Program-made: the position numbers and the translations under genes | Notes under the pieces: model-generated | Told to the model about the DNA's origin: nothing | The model's database searches: none | Seen by the model: only the letters and a program-made list of their open reading frames with translations | Origin: Azolla caroliniana | Lineage: Eukaryota; Plantae; Polypodiophyta | Assembly (NCBI GenBank): GCA_043228905.1 | Contig: JBHGNT010000001.1 | Span: forward strand, 32,178,001-32,242,000 | Length of the DNA stretch: 64,000 bases | Direction of reading: 5' to 3' | In this document: positions 1 to 11,893 of the stretch, one piece after another | Layout: each line of letters begins with the position of its first letter | Numbering within the stretch: the first letter of the stretch is position 1

Positions 1-3000
1 GAGAAAGTATCAAAGGCATCACAATGTAGCTTTGTAGAGGCAGCCAGGACGATATTTACTGCCAAGATCTCTGGAACATTTTCAAGGTTAGTTGTTATTG
101 GTTTATGGATTTCATGTTAGTTTTTGGGCTAAAACTTTGAAAGTGGATCTCTTATTGAACTCATATTGAAATCATTTTAGACGTCAACTTGCATGCGGGA
201 GGAGGGTTCTTACTGTGATTGATGCTATTCATACCCTTGCTCGCAAGGTGTGTTTAGCCCTTATGTACATACTTCTTCTATATGTGCGAAAGGTTAAAAA
301 AGTATCTATGGATGTTCATTTCTGGTTTCTCAGGAATCTTCACTGTCAACTCTGATTACAGCGGTCATGAGTTTTTTACCTCAGGTGAGTGGGAAAGTGA
401 TAAAGTTTGAAGACGTTACATTTTTAAAGGGGAAAACATCAAAGCAATTTACCAGAAATCTCTGTATTTTTATAAATGACCTGAATACCTATAATCTTTT
501 TAAAGTACTAAAATTCCCCTGCTTTTTTTATTGAATATGAAAAATATATAATTAATATTAAGAGTTTGATTAACACTAATAGTAAGATTATTATTAGTAG
601 TCTTAACATTAAAACCAATGATATGTTATCAAAGCCCATAGTATTAACACTGATGATCTGGTTATGAGATCCCATAGTACTAACTCTTGTAATCTGATTG
701 CGAGAACCCATAGTATTAGCCCTAATAATTTTTTAATGAGAGATTGTTAACTCCAATCATTTGTGATAGTATTTTGTATTCGTTAATGATCTTATTATAA
801 TCAGAGCCAGTACAATCAATAATCTAATTATGAGCGTTCATTAATTAATATATATCATTATCTATTCCTTAAATATACCAAATTGCTACAAATGATATTT
901 ATGTGGGTGAACCTTTGATCATTAGAACTCAACCCTAATCAATCTTAAAACAAATAAAGATCAGCAGGCCTATGAAATTGGGACAAATGTATTTCTGCAA
1001 CTGTGCTTGGTCTGTGGAGTTTATACAGTTCTGATGGTACCCTGCACTAGTGGTAGTACCTGCAGTGGAATGCATTACCGTTGTTCTCTCTTGCAAAAGT
1101 TTCACTCTAGAGCCATCTTGAATGAAACTGCAGTGTGGTCATTGCCTGAAATATAACTATATAACATGGATGTTGATGATGCTGGTTATCATTTTTTGAT
1201 ATGCAGAAAATCAGTAAAGTTTAAGTTCAATCATCTGTGCATGCAATTTCAAATGATTACAGAGATCAGCACTGGAAAAGCGTGCGGTTTTGGATACAGA
1301 TGAAGGGAGATATCTGAATGAGGATGATGATCCTCGAACTGTAAGCGTTTGACCATTGAGCTTTTGAACATTGTTCTTTACTTCAGATACCACTGCTATG
1401 TTGAATTATGCATTTTCTACTCTCTTCTATTGTGAACAGATACTCCGTGTCATTTATATTATAGGCTTATAATTCACCTTAAGATAAATTTTTATTGTTG
1501 TTGTTTATTCTTTTGTGACAATTTAATGACACTACTCTTTTTAAATTTTTTGCCATACCAGTCCTTTCATGGGACAAAAATGGACATTGTGTTGTGTCAA
1601 GTGGAATACTAAACAAGAAACCTGAAAACAAAAAAATGGCTGTCTGATGATGATGGCCTTATTTGTTGACGCGGGTGACAGGCCATGGTCTAGATGGTTG
1701 TGGCCTACATATATTTCTCCCTGTTACTGCATGATCTAGAGAAAGAGTTCATACTTGTATATTCAGAATTGGTATAAAAATAGCTCACAAATATGAATAA
1801 AAAGATTACTGAAATATAACCCAAACAATAATATGAAGTATAAAGTAGATACTAGAATAGACTGTGTTAATTGTCTCTGTCACCACCATAATGCAAAAGT
1901 AGGAATGCTTTGTGCAACATTACTTAAGGATGTTCTAGTATCAAATATGGTATGCAGTATTAAATCTTTTGTATTTCATGATGTGGCATTAATAGAAGTA
2001 TCAAAATTTAAAAAATGACTATTGAAGCTCTTACTACAGAAGTGCTTTTTCTAATTTATTATCCGATTGAGAATCTGTTTTTGTAGTGTATCATCTATTT
2101 TCGGTTTTCTTCTGATTCCATATGGAAATGTGTGTGCTTAATATTGTGCATCAGGAATAACCTGGGGGATTTTTATTCTCTCTCACATATCCTATATAAA
2201 TGTATTAGGTTTTGGAATACATTTTGGATGATGTCTCTGATTTCCTTTGCAATCACTTCAACTCTGATGAAGCATGCAAACATACATTGGGTGCACTTCA
2301 AGAAGGTTGCTTGCATCACTTGAAATCGTTTTTAGATCATATAACATTGAAAGAGTCGGGGAACTTTAAATTGCGTAGAGAGGAAAACAGAAATTCTGTT
2401 ACTTTGACAACTATGCATCAAGTAAATCTATTCGATACTATGTTTATTTTCTTTATGGTTTTAATGTTAACAATTGACTAATCAAATGCTTCTTTGTATG
2501 CAGTCAAAGGGCTTGGAATGGGATACAGTATTCATTGTGAAGGTATGTGATTTCTGCTTCAAAGGGTCTTTCTGTATGCAGGAAATGAATAATTTCTTAG
2601 CATTGTTCGTTGGTGTCTGCAAATGTTAAGGCGAATGATTCAGAAATCCCCTTGCTTCATGAAGCAATGGGAAGTATTAGTAATGGTTCAGTTTCACTTG
2701 AGGTAAGAATATAGGAGTTCACATTTTTTGATCCAAGATATTGCGAGCATAGAATCAAGAACCTCATTAATATGTGGCTCAGGAGGAGAGACGACTCTTT
2801 TATGTAGCAATGACGCGTGCAAGAAAGAAGCTTTACATCCTATACATAACATGGGATCAAAATCAGCAGGTTTTTAATCTCTTTGAAGTTTGAATCTTTG
2901 TGTTTTAGAAGGATGAATGGTACTTCGTGCCTCTTATTGCCAGGAGTTTTAAATGCAGCTTCTACATCCAACGCGGTTCCTAAAAGAGTTACCACAACAA

Positions 3001-5996
3001 CATCTTCATTTCCAGGCAAGTTTTAGACGAAAATATTTCTTGCAGTGTCACTTAAGTATGACAGAAAGAGAACATAGAGAAAAACTTTGGATCATTTGGT
3101 AATAAAGCTGTAATACATGTTTAAGTACTTTCTGGACTACAACTGATTGTCAAATTTTCTATACAGCACAAATACATGTTTTTCTCATGGAAAGGTGAAG
3201 TCATTAGGGCTATTGCATAAACATTGAATATGGATGAAATTACGAGTTTTGATAAAATGGTTTGGGATAGATTCCCTTGTGCCAAACTTTTTTGTTCTCG
3301 GAAAAGTTAGTTGGTTACGTTATTTTGAATATTTGCTAATTGCAATATTTTTTGAAATTGGGTTGGGGTATTCGGTTTTACTACTTGCTTTTTGCTTGGT
3401 AATTGGAATAGGGTTCTAGCTTCCAATATTTATCGATCTATATTGGGGAAAGGTATTCTATGAAATTTTTGTGCAGCGTTGTGACACCTTTCTACTGCTT
3501 GCTCACCTCTTTGGTGAAAGCTTCCATAGTAGTTGGATAGAACATAACATTCTACTGATCTTCAAGATTGCAAATTCTAGCTCCACTCTTTGTTATGTAT
3601 ATGGTAATCAAGGGCTTCAAAACTGGGGCCTCAACTAGGATATTAAAAAAGGGTTATACAATAGATTGGGCAAAAACAATGTGTTGTGCATGTGAACCAG
3701 AATCATCTTAACCATTGCCCTGTCACCTTTGTCATTCAAAGATAAAGGCCATTATCGGCCTAACATCAAAGTTGCGTCCTGTTTATGTTCTTTGAATATT
3801 GGAGCGACTGATGTTGAAGATACTTCAAAGGCAAAAGTTTTAGTCTATCTAACTTCAGAATCGTTAGTAACCTATGATCTCAAAGACGAGATGTAATGTC
3901 TTATTTGGTCTAATAGCCCATTTTGGCTCATCTTTCTTTCTTTCTATATTCATGTGTTATGTCATGTAAAAGCGTTTGTATGTCTTTATATAAATGTATT
4001 ATTGTAGGTTCATTCTAGGTTCGTTTTAAAGTTTTGTACAGGTTTTGTAGTACAAGCAAAATTTATTGAGAGACTTAAAATGTTTGGCAATGATGAGGGA
4101 CTTTATATACATTTATATAAGCCCTTTTATTATAAGAATATGTGTATGCATTATTGATAAGTGTATGTATTCTTCTGAATTTATTTTTCTCCTGGTTCAA
4201 ACTATCTAAGGCTAGATTTGGCAACATTATATAGTTAAATCTTTTAATGCAGATAGATGGTGCCACTGTTAATACCTCATCCATGGGGCAGACCAATTTA
4301 AAAGAAGATGGAAGTGTTTGTGAACTGCAACATAAAACTAATAGTCAAGGATCAATCATTTGCAAAGAGGAGAAGATTGAACCTTTGCAAGCATATTCTC
4401 GAGACAAAGCAGAGGTTCTAGAGCTGTATAGCTCATCAGAATTTTTGAAAGGGTAATTCTAGCATGGAAAATTTAGTAATTTGCTACCTTTTCAAGGTTA
4501 GGATACACAACTCTTGTAGTAAAGAATGCCATGGTTGTGCCGTGAGAAATGAATTTAGATGGTAGTGTATTTTTTATGAACTACGGTGAAGAATGTGCTA
4601 ACAGGTTGTGTTGCTTGGTAAAAATTCTTTGTTATTCTAATGCATTTATAGTGACCAACCTAAAGTACATATTGGAATGGTGTTTGATGAAAACTTAGTC
4701 TTGATATTCTACCTTTTGTGGCACATGCAATCTAGTTAACAGAGTACAGTAAAATAAGCGAAGCTCACAATGTCTTGGTGTTGTTTTTTGGGTTCATCAG
4801 TTTCAATGTAGATGCAAGATCAACAATTGCCTCCATATTCCACAGCTGGGCAAAGAAGCCTGCATTCCAGGATCCAAAACGGCTGCTTGATAAGGTACAT
4901 GTACAAAAATTTATATTGTCATCGGATTGAGCTAACATCTTGTACAAATATTCATACAGGTGTGTTTTGTATTAGATGAAAGAATGCGTAGCAAAACAAC
5001 AAAAAACAAGGTAAATTGGAAAGTGCTATTTTTTCAGCATAAGAAGCCATTGTTATTTCTGAACTTATTATATGTATTTGTAACAGGATACACTCAGAGC
5101 ATTGAAGTGTTCGTTGGACAACAAAGATGCCCTTTTATATGCACAACATGTATACCATTATTCAGTGATGTTATGTGCCTATTGTTATGCATTCTTCATT
5201 CATGAGTTGATCTAAACTAGTAGAAATTCAATTTCAGCATTATTTTTGTGAATTGATTTAGATGTAAATTTCTGTTGAAGGTGCTTAATTGGGTACGGAT
5301 ACCTCCAGAAGAACGAGCACTTCTGACATCCGAGAAACAAGTAAGTTTTCTGTCTCTGAATTGGAGTTATTTCTAAGGTCATAAAGGAACAATTTGCTCT
5401 GAATTTGAGTCGGTTGTATTTCAATTAGCATTAGCAGTTAAGGATGCTGTGCTACCATATTGAAAGGTTTAAGTTATAAAAAAACAAAAGTAGAAAGAAG
5501 TGCATAGTTCCTCTAACACACGTTTTCTCACAGAAGTAAAATTTTGATGCAGTGACCCTCATTAATAAGAAAATCCCAATTGAGAATTGGAGGTCACAAA
5601 CTCCAACAATTGATATTTTTTGAAGAAAGAAACTCTAGAACACGTTCAGTGCATTTAGATTATTGGGATCAAATTCTCCTTAATTTCTAAGTTAACTCAT
5701 AAAATTCTGAACAACAATCTCAGGAATTTTTCCAACAAAAATCTGCTGAAAGGGCTATGGGATCAGCTCCTGCTTCAAGTAAACAGGTAAAAATTTGTAA
5801 ATTGTGCTAATTTCTGGGTTTCCATCTTCTATTGAGGTATCACACAATTGTCTGTGCTACAATTGTATTACTAAGAGGAATGATTAAAAACACCTGATTG
5901 ATGCAGGTGTCTTACTTACGTATGCTTGGATGTACAGTTGATCCTACATCTCGGCTTCATGCTTCCCACCTGATTGAGCAATACAAGAAAATATAG
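1..5996 (+). CDS. SRS2: SRS2-like UvrD/REP 3'-5' DNA helicase, 3' half (5' end outside window)
   Basis: Exons join in frame: 1-86, 181-247, 334-384, 1263-1340, 2209-2421, 2504-2542, 2631-2702, 2783-2869, 2959-3015, 4253-4452, 4801-4894, 4960-5010, 5087-5149, 5281-5340, 5724-5786, 5907-5996 (TAG). They encode UvrD motifs V/VI ([32 protein letters not shown]) and the plant SRS2-type C-terminus ([16 protein letters not shown] ... [21 protein letters not shown]). Confidence 0.92.
600..725. repeat. Degenerate 36-bp intronic minisatellite
   Basis: CCCATAGTA recurs at 635, 671 and 707 (36-bp period). The spurious minus ORF 508-711 shows the 12-aa periodicity. Confidence 0.65.
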
Positions 5997-7350
5997 TTAA
6001 GACAAGCCACCACTTATCTCATGTACTCTATTTAATAAACAAATGTTTAAATATACTAGTTGAAAAACAACCTCATGTTGGATAATTCTAAATTTTAAGT
6101 TATTGCAAAAGGAAACATAGCAATAATGTTGAGCATCTATGTGCATGATTTTTATGCTTGTAATCCATGAAGCTTTGATGTGCCAAAACAGTTGCATTTC
6201 ATTAGAATTTTGCAAGTAGGCAAGTTTGGAAGGAAACACTCTTTTCTTTTCAGAATGCATTATATTTGCAGCTGGAAACCTCAAAAGATTAGGTTCAAAC
6301 CCAAAAACAATATATGCATGTAAAATTAGAGAATACACAATGCCACTTGGAAGCATGTTATTCTTTTCTTTTGTGATATTGTTGACAAATTTATTTCTTA
6401 TTACGCACAATAAATGAGCAAAGTGGCATTGAATGGCAAATTTTGATTCAGCTCTGGTTTGATGCATTGACCCGTGCTTATTGTAAAATTGTGTCTTGTA
6501 AAGTCCCATTAGGCATGTGGAGCTGTGTGCATGTGATTGTAGAGCTGTACTTGTGAGCGGTTACTATTTGGATTAGAAAAAATTGCCCATGGCAAGACCG
6601 AAAAATAAGCAATAGAAAACAGTGGCTTGTCATGTATGGACTTGTGTTAATGTAAATGACGGATGGAAAAAGTTCATGTCCCAATTAATTTCTTCTTTAT
6701 CTTTTTTCTAGGCCATGCATGAAGATATTCAACACCAAGTCAAAGAATTGGACTAAGGAGAAATGACCTGTATTTGAGTATTTTTCGGCACATTATTTGA
6801 CATAAATTACTATTTGATAATGAATGCAAACAAGATGGAGAGTGTTGGTGACATTGAATATGTCTATTTCTTTCTCACGAATGTTCGATTGGTTGGGTGT
6901 TTTTGCACCTAATCTTGATGTGGACAAGAAACAATGAAAGCCTTCTTGTCTATGAAAGAAAGCAAGTGATGAAGCTAAAGTGTCAATGTCACCCTTCTCC
7001 CCCCATCTCTCTCTTCACACATAATGTATGCAAGTATGTCAATGTAACATTTGTTAGTTTAGAAATTGTATAGTATTATCCACAACCCTTTATCTTAGAT
7101 TAGTTGAATGCATGTGGCCCACTATTAGTATATGTATGTACCAATGTAATGGATGTGCAAGATCGAGAGATTGGGTTGATAAGCAAAATAAGTAAGCACG
7201 AAGAGACTGTAGTTGCTAACATGTTGTCATGATTTGTTGTCGGGGTTTCCCTATATGTGACACATTGAAACAAATGTTTGATATCTTGCTATACAAATAA
7301 CTAACAATGCCAAACGGTGGTATCTCTTCAACTCGAAAATATTTTCTTTT

Positions 7351-7658
7351 TAGGTAAACTATTTTACGAGGTGATTGGGTGGACAAAGAGAAGAAAAATG
7401 TTGTTGCTTCTTTTGTCTAGTTTGAATAGGCCTTGAAACATTTGATTGACTCAAAATGTTTTATATTTTCCTTAATTATAATGTGAACAAAGCCTAAAAG
7501 CTAGTGTATCATTAGGTAAACTATTTGAGGAGGTGGTTGGGTGGACAAAGAGAAGAAAAATGTTGTTGCTTCTTTTGTCTAGTGTGAATAGGCCTTGAAA
7601 CATGTTTTATATTTTCCTTAATTATAATATGAACAAACCCTAAGAGCTAGTGTATCCT
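7351..7658. repeat. Tandem duplication of about 150-160 bp
   Basis: TAGGTAAACTATTT...GGGTGGACAAAGAGAAGAAAAATGTTGTTGCTTC...GCTAGTGTATC occurs at 7351-7512 and 7513-7658. The second copy has a short deletion. Confidence 0.9.
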
Positions 7659-9089
7659 AGTCTTGCTTGTGATTTGAATTTTAGATTACCTTCATTCTTT
7701 GCAATACCTTTCTTGTGTGGCATGTATGTTATAATAACATAGGAGTGCATTCAAACACAAACACATTGTAGACATACATTTACTATTTAAATGAGTCTAC
7801 ATATACACATAGTAGATGATGAGAATGTATATGTATGTGGCTGTGTGCAAAGAGATAAGAAACTAATATGTCATTTGTGGAATCATGATTTTGAAACCAA
7901 ATACTAAAGCACAAGAAATTACATTTTAATTAATTGTTAAATGTTTGTGTTTTTTGGGTGCACTCATGGATGCCCTCAACTTATGCTAGGCTCAAGAATG
8001 TGGTGCATTAGCAATGGCAACAAATATATATGGAGGTGAAGGCATATTATGGGTTAAGTCATACGTGACTCAAGTACCATCAGTCTTGCATTTCTCTATT
8101 ATGTAGGTGCCAACAACTCTTGAGGAACAACATATTGTATGTCGTTGAGGATATTCAGACACATTTGGGATTCGAATAGGACCAACAACTCTTTGGGAAC
8201 AAGCCCTAGAGAGGCAATGAGGGAATGATTTATCAATGAGGCGTGAACATAACATAAGAGTTGCATTTATGTCAATTAGTTTACAATACTTTAAAGGGTT
8301 TGTGTTTTGTCATGTTGTTTTAATATATACACTAGTTTTACGATGAAAAAGAGATACCATTTGGGGAACAATTGATGGCTTGCTAATTGATTGATGATTC
8401 ATTCAAGTTTGTTAAAGCTCTAACCATTAATATAGCCATAACCATGGTGTGTAAAATATAATATTGATAAGTTTATAATAAGAAAGGATTAGGAGGAGGG
8501 AATAGCCAACGGGATGGAGCATAATTCCAACGATCTTCATGTGGCTCATCCAACCACAGAGATATTGGCCACCATATTTTACGATTTTTTCGCCTTTTCT
8601 TATGCATCTTTTCCGCCGTTCATTTAATACTTGGCCTTGAAACCAAACCAAACCATTTTTGACAGATATTGATCATTATACTTATTATAAATTTGTGTGA
8701 GAAAATCATCATAAATTTGTTCATTATACTATCATAAATTTTGTCATCATACTTATTATAGATTTCGTCATCATACTTATCATAAATTTGCTTATCATAA
8801 ATTAAAAGGAGACTCTACATATAATGCATATAAAATTTAATAAGTTAAAACTAGGGTTTAAAATTAAAAGTTGAAAGTTGGAGCCTATAGGGAAATTTTA
8901 GGAGTATTCTTTAACCTATAAACCTTTAAATTGAACCACATAAATCGAAACTGAAAAGCCGCTAAACTACTAAACCAAATCAAACCAAACTGAATAGTAA
9001 CGTTTGACACCAAACCAAACTGTTTTTTATTATCTTCGAACCAATAAACCATTAAGCCACGGTTTAACGATCCCAAGAAGCTCCAGATG

Positions 9090-10120
9090 TAGCTGGTCCT
9101 AGTCCATTTTCCCCCACGATAAACATGGTCTAATTCCTAAAACACAGCTAGAGGTATCAGTTAACAAAGGATTCCATAACAAAGGTTGCCTTAAAAATTG
9201 AGCTTTTGTCGTTGGAAGTTGAAATAGGAGAGCCTCTCTAATGTCCTTCCATGCCCTCAAGATACCTATAAAGAATCTCATAGAACCAACATGATGAGTT
9301 TTAATTGGAAATTCAAAGTTAAACAACCATTGAAAACTATCCTACCAATTTCCTCCTATTGTAGGCTTAATGTTACAAAGAGATAACAACCATTTAAACG
9401 TCTTCCACAACTCATTCCTGGACATAAATCTGCCCACAACATGCTTTGCAAGAAGGGCCTTACTTTGGAACAAAGGATCTACTAAGCCCAATCCACCTTC
9501 ACATATTGGTCAGAGTAAAACCAACCAAGCAACAACCCTTGATCCCAAAGGGGCACCCCAAATAAAACTATGAACTAAGAGTTGTAGTTTCAATATAATA
9601 AAGTGTGAAAATATCTAGGTTGATGCAACATACCACGTTGATGCAAGCCACAACCACCCTTCCTGGTAAAAAGGGGTGTTACCATCTTTTCTACTAAGAA
9701 ATCTAACCCCACTTGATAGCCCAAATACGACTGTACATCGAGGTACCCAAATAAAACTCGAAGATGGCACATCTTGTGGAGGAGAAGACGACGCAACCCA
9801 AAATCCCATGGACTTGTTCCTGTTGATCAAAGCTCCTGAAGCATGACAAGAATATGTTAACACTTGTGTAAGATTTAACACTTGTCATCAACAAATTCTG
9901 AGTCAACAGTGGAGGTTGTATATCCTTGTATAGGTAAGGCTATACCATGAATATCTACATTCCTATTCCCGAGGAAATTAGAAAAGGCTTTAGAAACTAA
10001 AATAAATAGAAAGGGAGCAAGTGGACACCCTTGTCTCATAGACTGCGAAATTGAAAATCTACCACCAACATCATCTACAAACAAAAGAAAACTATGAGCG
10101 GTCCTATACAAAGCTGCCAC
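9090..10120 (-). pseudogene. Decayed LINE (L1-like) ORF2 reverse transcriptase fragment
   Basis: Broken minus-strand ORFs carry SMRQGCPLAPFLFILVSKAFS, (Y/F)xDD-like EFVDD, YLGYQVG and LRQPLLWNP. These parallel the younger LINE at 44-48 kb. Many stops and frameshifts. Confidence 0.85.
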
Positions 10121-10121
10121 C

Positions 10122-10651
10122 GCATATTCTCATGAGGAGACTAGACTCATTTTCTTGTTGTATGTACAAGATCTTGGCGGTAATTAGTGAGATGGTTGAT
10201 GTGGACTTAAGAAGTAGAATTTATGTTTTAGATAAGGATGAGTGATGTGGTGTGGGGCCCGAAGTATATTCTCATGAGGAGATGAGGAAACTAGGCTCAT
10301 TTTATTGTTGTATGTGCAGGATTTTGGTGGTAATTGGTGAGATGGTTGATGTGGACTTAATGAAGTAGATTTTATGTTTTTGATAAGGATGAGCGATGAT
10401 GGTGGGGGGGCTGACGCATATGCTTATGAGGAAACTTGATTCATTTTGTTGTTGTATGTACAAGATTTTGGCGGTAATCGGCGAGATGGTTGATGTGGAC
10501 TTCATGAAACTGAATTTATGTTCTGGATAAGGACAAGTGATGATGGTGTGGGGGCCGAAGCATAGTCTCATGAGGAGAGGAGGAAACTTGACTTATTTTG
10601 TTGTTGTATGTGCAAGACTTTGGAGGTAATTGACGAGATAGTTGATGTGGA
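10122..10651. repeat. Tandem array of a ~145-150 bp unit, about 3.6 copies
   Basis: The block TTGTTGTATGT(A/G)CAAGA...GGTAAT...GAGAT(G/A)GTTGATGTGGA recurs near 10155, 10305, 10450 and 10600. Confidence 0.9.
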
Positions 10652-10669
10652 AAGAGGAAGCATTCTTTT

Positions 10670-11095
10670 TGTGTTTACAGACATGTATGTGAAATGTGGT
10701 TGTCTTGAACAAGCATAGAATGTATTTGATCACCTTCAAAACCGAGATGTAGAGGCATGGAATACAATGTTCTCTACCTTGAAAGCTTGTGGTAGTATTC
10801 GGTTTTTTGAATAAAGGTAGATTGATTGGAATTGCATCAGTGGATATAACATGCTGAAAAAGCATTGTAATGGTTCCAATCTATGAGCTACAAGGGCTTG
10901 TCTCTGGATGCCACAACTTTTGTTTTTGTCTATGGAATAACTTGGAATTTGTTGATGCAAAGTATGATGAACATGAGCATTTTGAAGAAGATTGAAATGG
11001 TTCTTATCTATGAGTTGCAAGGGCTTGTCTCTGGATGCAACTACTTTTGTTGCTGTCTATGGAATAACGTGGAATTTGTCTATGGAATAACTTGC
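10670..11095 (+). pseudogene. PLS-class pentatricopeptide repeat (PPR) gene fragment
   Basis: Translates to DMYVKCGCLEQA*NVFDHLQNRDVEAWNTMFS, then HAEKAL*WFQSMSYKGLSLDATTFVFV and a second copy of the latter motif. These are S- and P-type PPR signatures with in-frame stops. Confidence 0.8.
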
Positions 11096-11293
11096 AAATT
11101 AGTTGATTATTTATCTCTACTTTGGAGTACATAGATTTGTTTCCTTAGCCATTGCCTTACACAAGGCGGGTTGGGAAAAAATATTTTGTATTTTGTAGTT
11201 GTTATGACTTGAAATATTATTGATAAGTTTGTGTTTATTTCATGCATTGAAATACTTCTAGTTGATGTTGTTTATTTCATGCAACCCTGTTAA

Positions 11294-11893
11294 TGTTAGG
11301 ATACAAGTTCCTCCGGATGGGAAGAAAGGACGAGTCGGATCGGATGGAGTAGATTAAGTATCGGCAAGTGAGATAAGTTGAATCAGTCGATGGCTAGCTT
11401 GGCCGAGGCTGAAAAATCAATTGATTAAAAATCGACCTAAATAACCAACTCGGCTAATAGCCAAATCAGTAGAAGCCGAATTGGGGCTATATTTGTAAAT
11501 AGTCATATATGTATATGAGTATAAATACAGTTAGGGCAAGTAGTTATTTTGTGTAATGATGATCATTGTTGAAAAGTTACAGTGAGTAGTTGCCATTGTA
11601 ACTAGAGTGGGTTAGAGTGAGAGAGTGTGTGAGTAACTCTATAGCCGTCTGTAGATGAAGAAGAGCTCAAGGTCGATGCCTTGAAGCTTCTTGTTGTATT
11701 CCTCCCACCATAGTGATTCATTTTGGGAGTTTGTGGACTCCCCTTAGTTTTTTCCCTTTCAGGGTTTTCCACATTAAAATACTTGTCTCTGTACTTGTGT
11801 TTTTTTTGTGTTCCTGTTATTTCGATCTTTGCACCCCCTCATACACGTACATGTGAGAACTAGTTGTGGCCGAGTTTATTCTCATATTCAATA
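11294..11893 (+). mobile_element. Solo LTR (600 bp) with 5-bp target-site duplication
   Basis: Starts TGTTAGG and ends TTCAATA (terminal CA apparently mutated to TA). GTTAA flanks both sides (11289-11293, 11894-11898). Internal TATAAATA near 11520. No internal coding region. Confidence 0.7.

Noticed and set aside
5997-6509. 170-aa minus-strand ORF abutting the SRS2 stop
   Set aside because: AT-rich random-looking composition, no motifs and no splice structure.
8630-9075. AAACC-rich stretch resembling DNA-transposon subterminal repeats
   Set aside because: No TIR pair or TSD could be placed.
10122-10651. CRISPR-like array
   Set aside because: Whole units are homologous with no unique spacers, the context is eukaryotic, and there are no cas genes.
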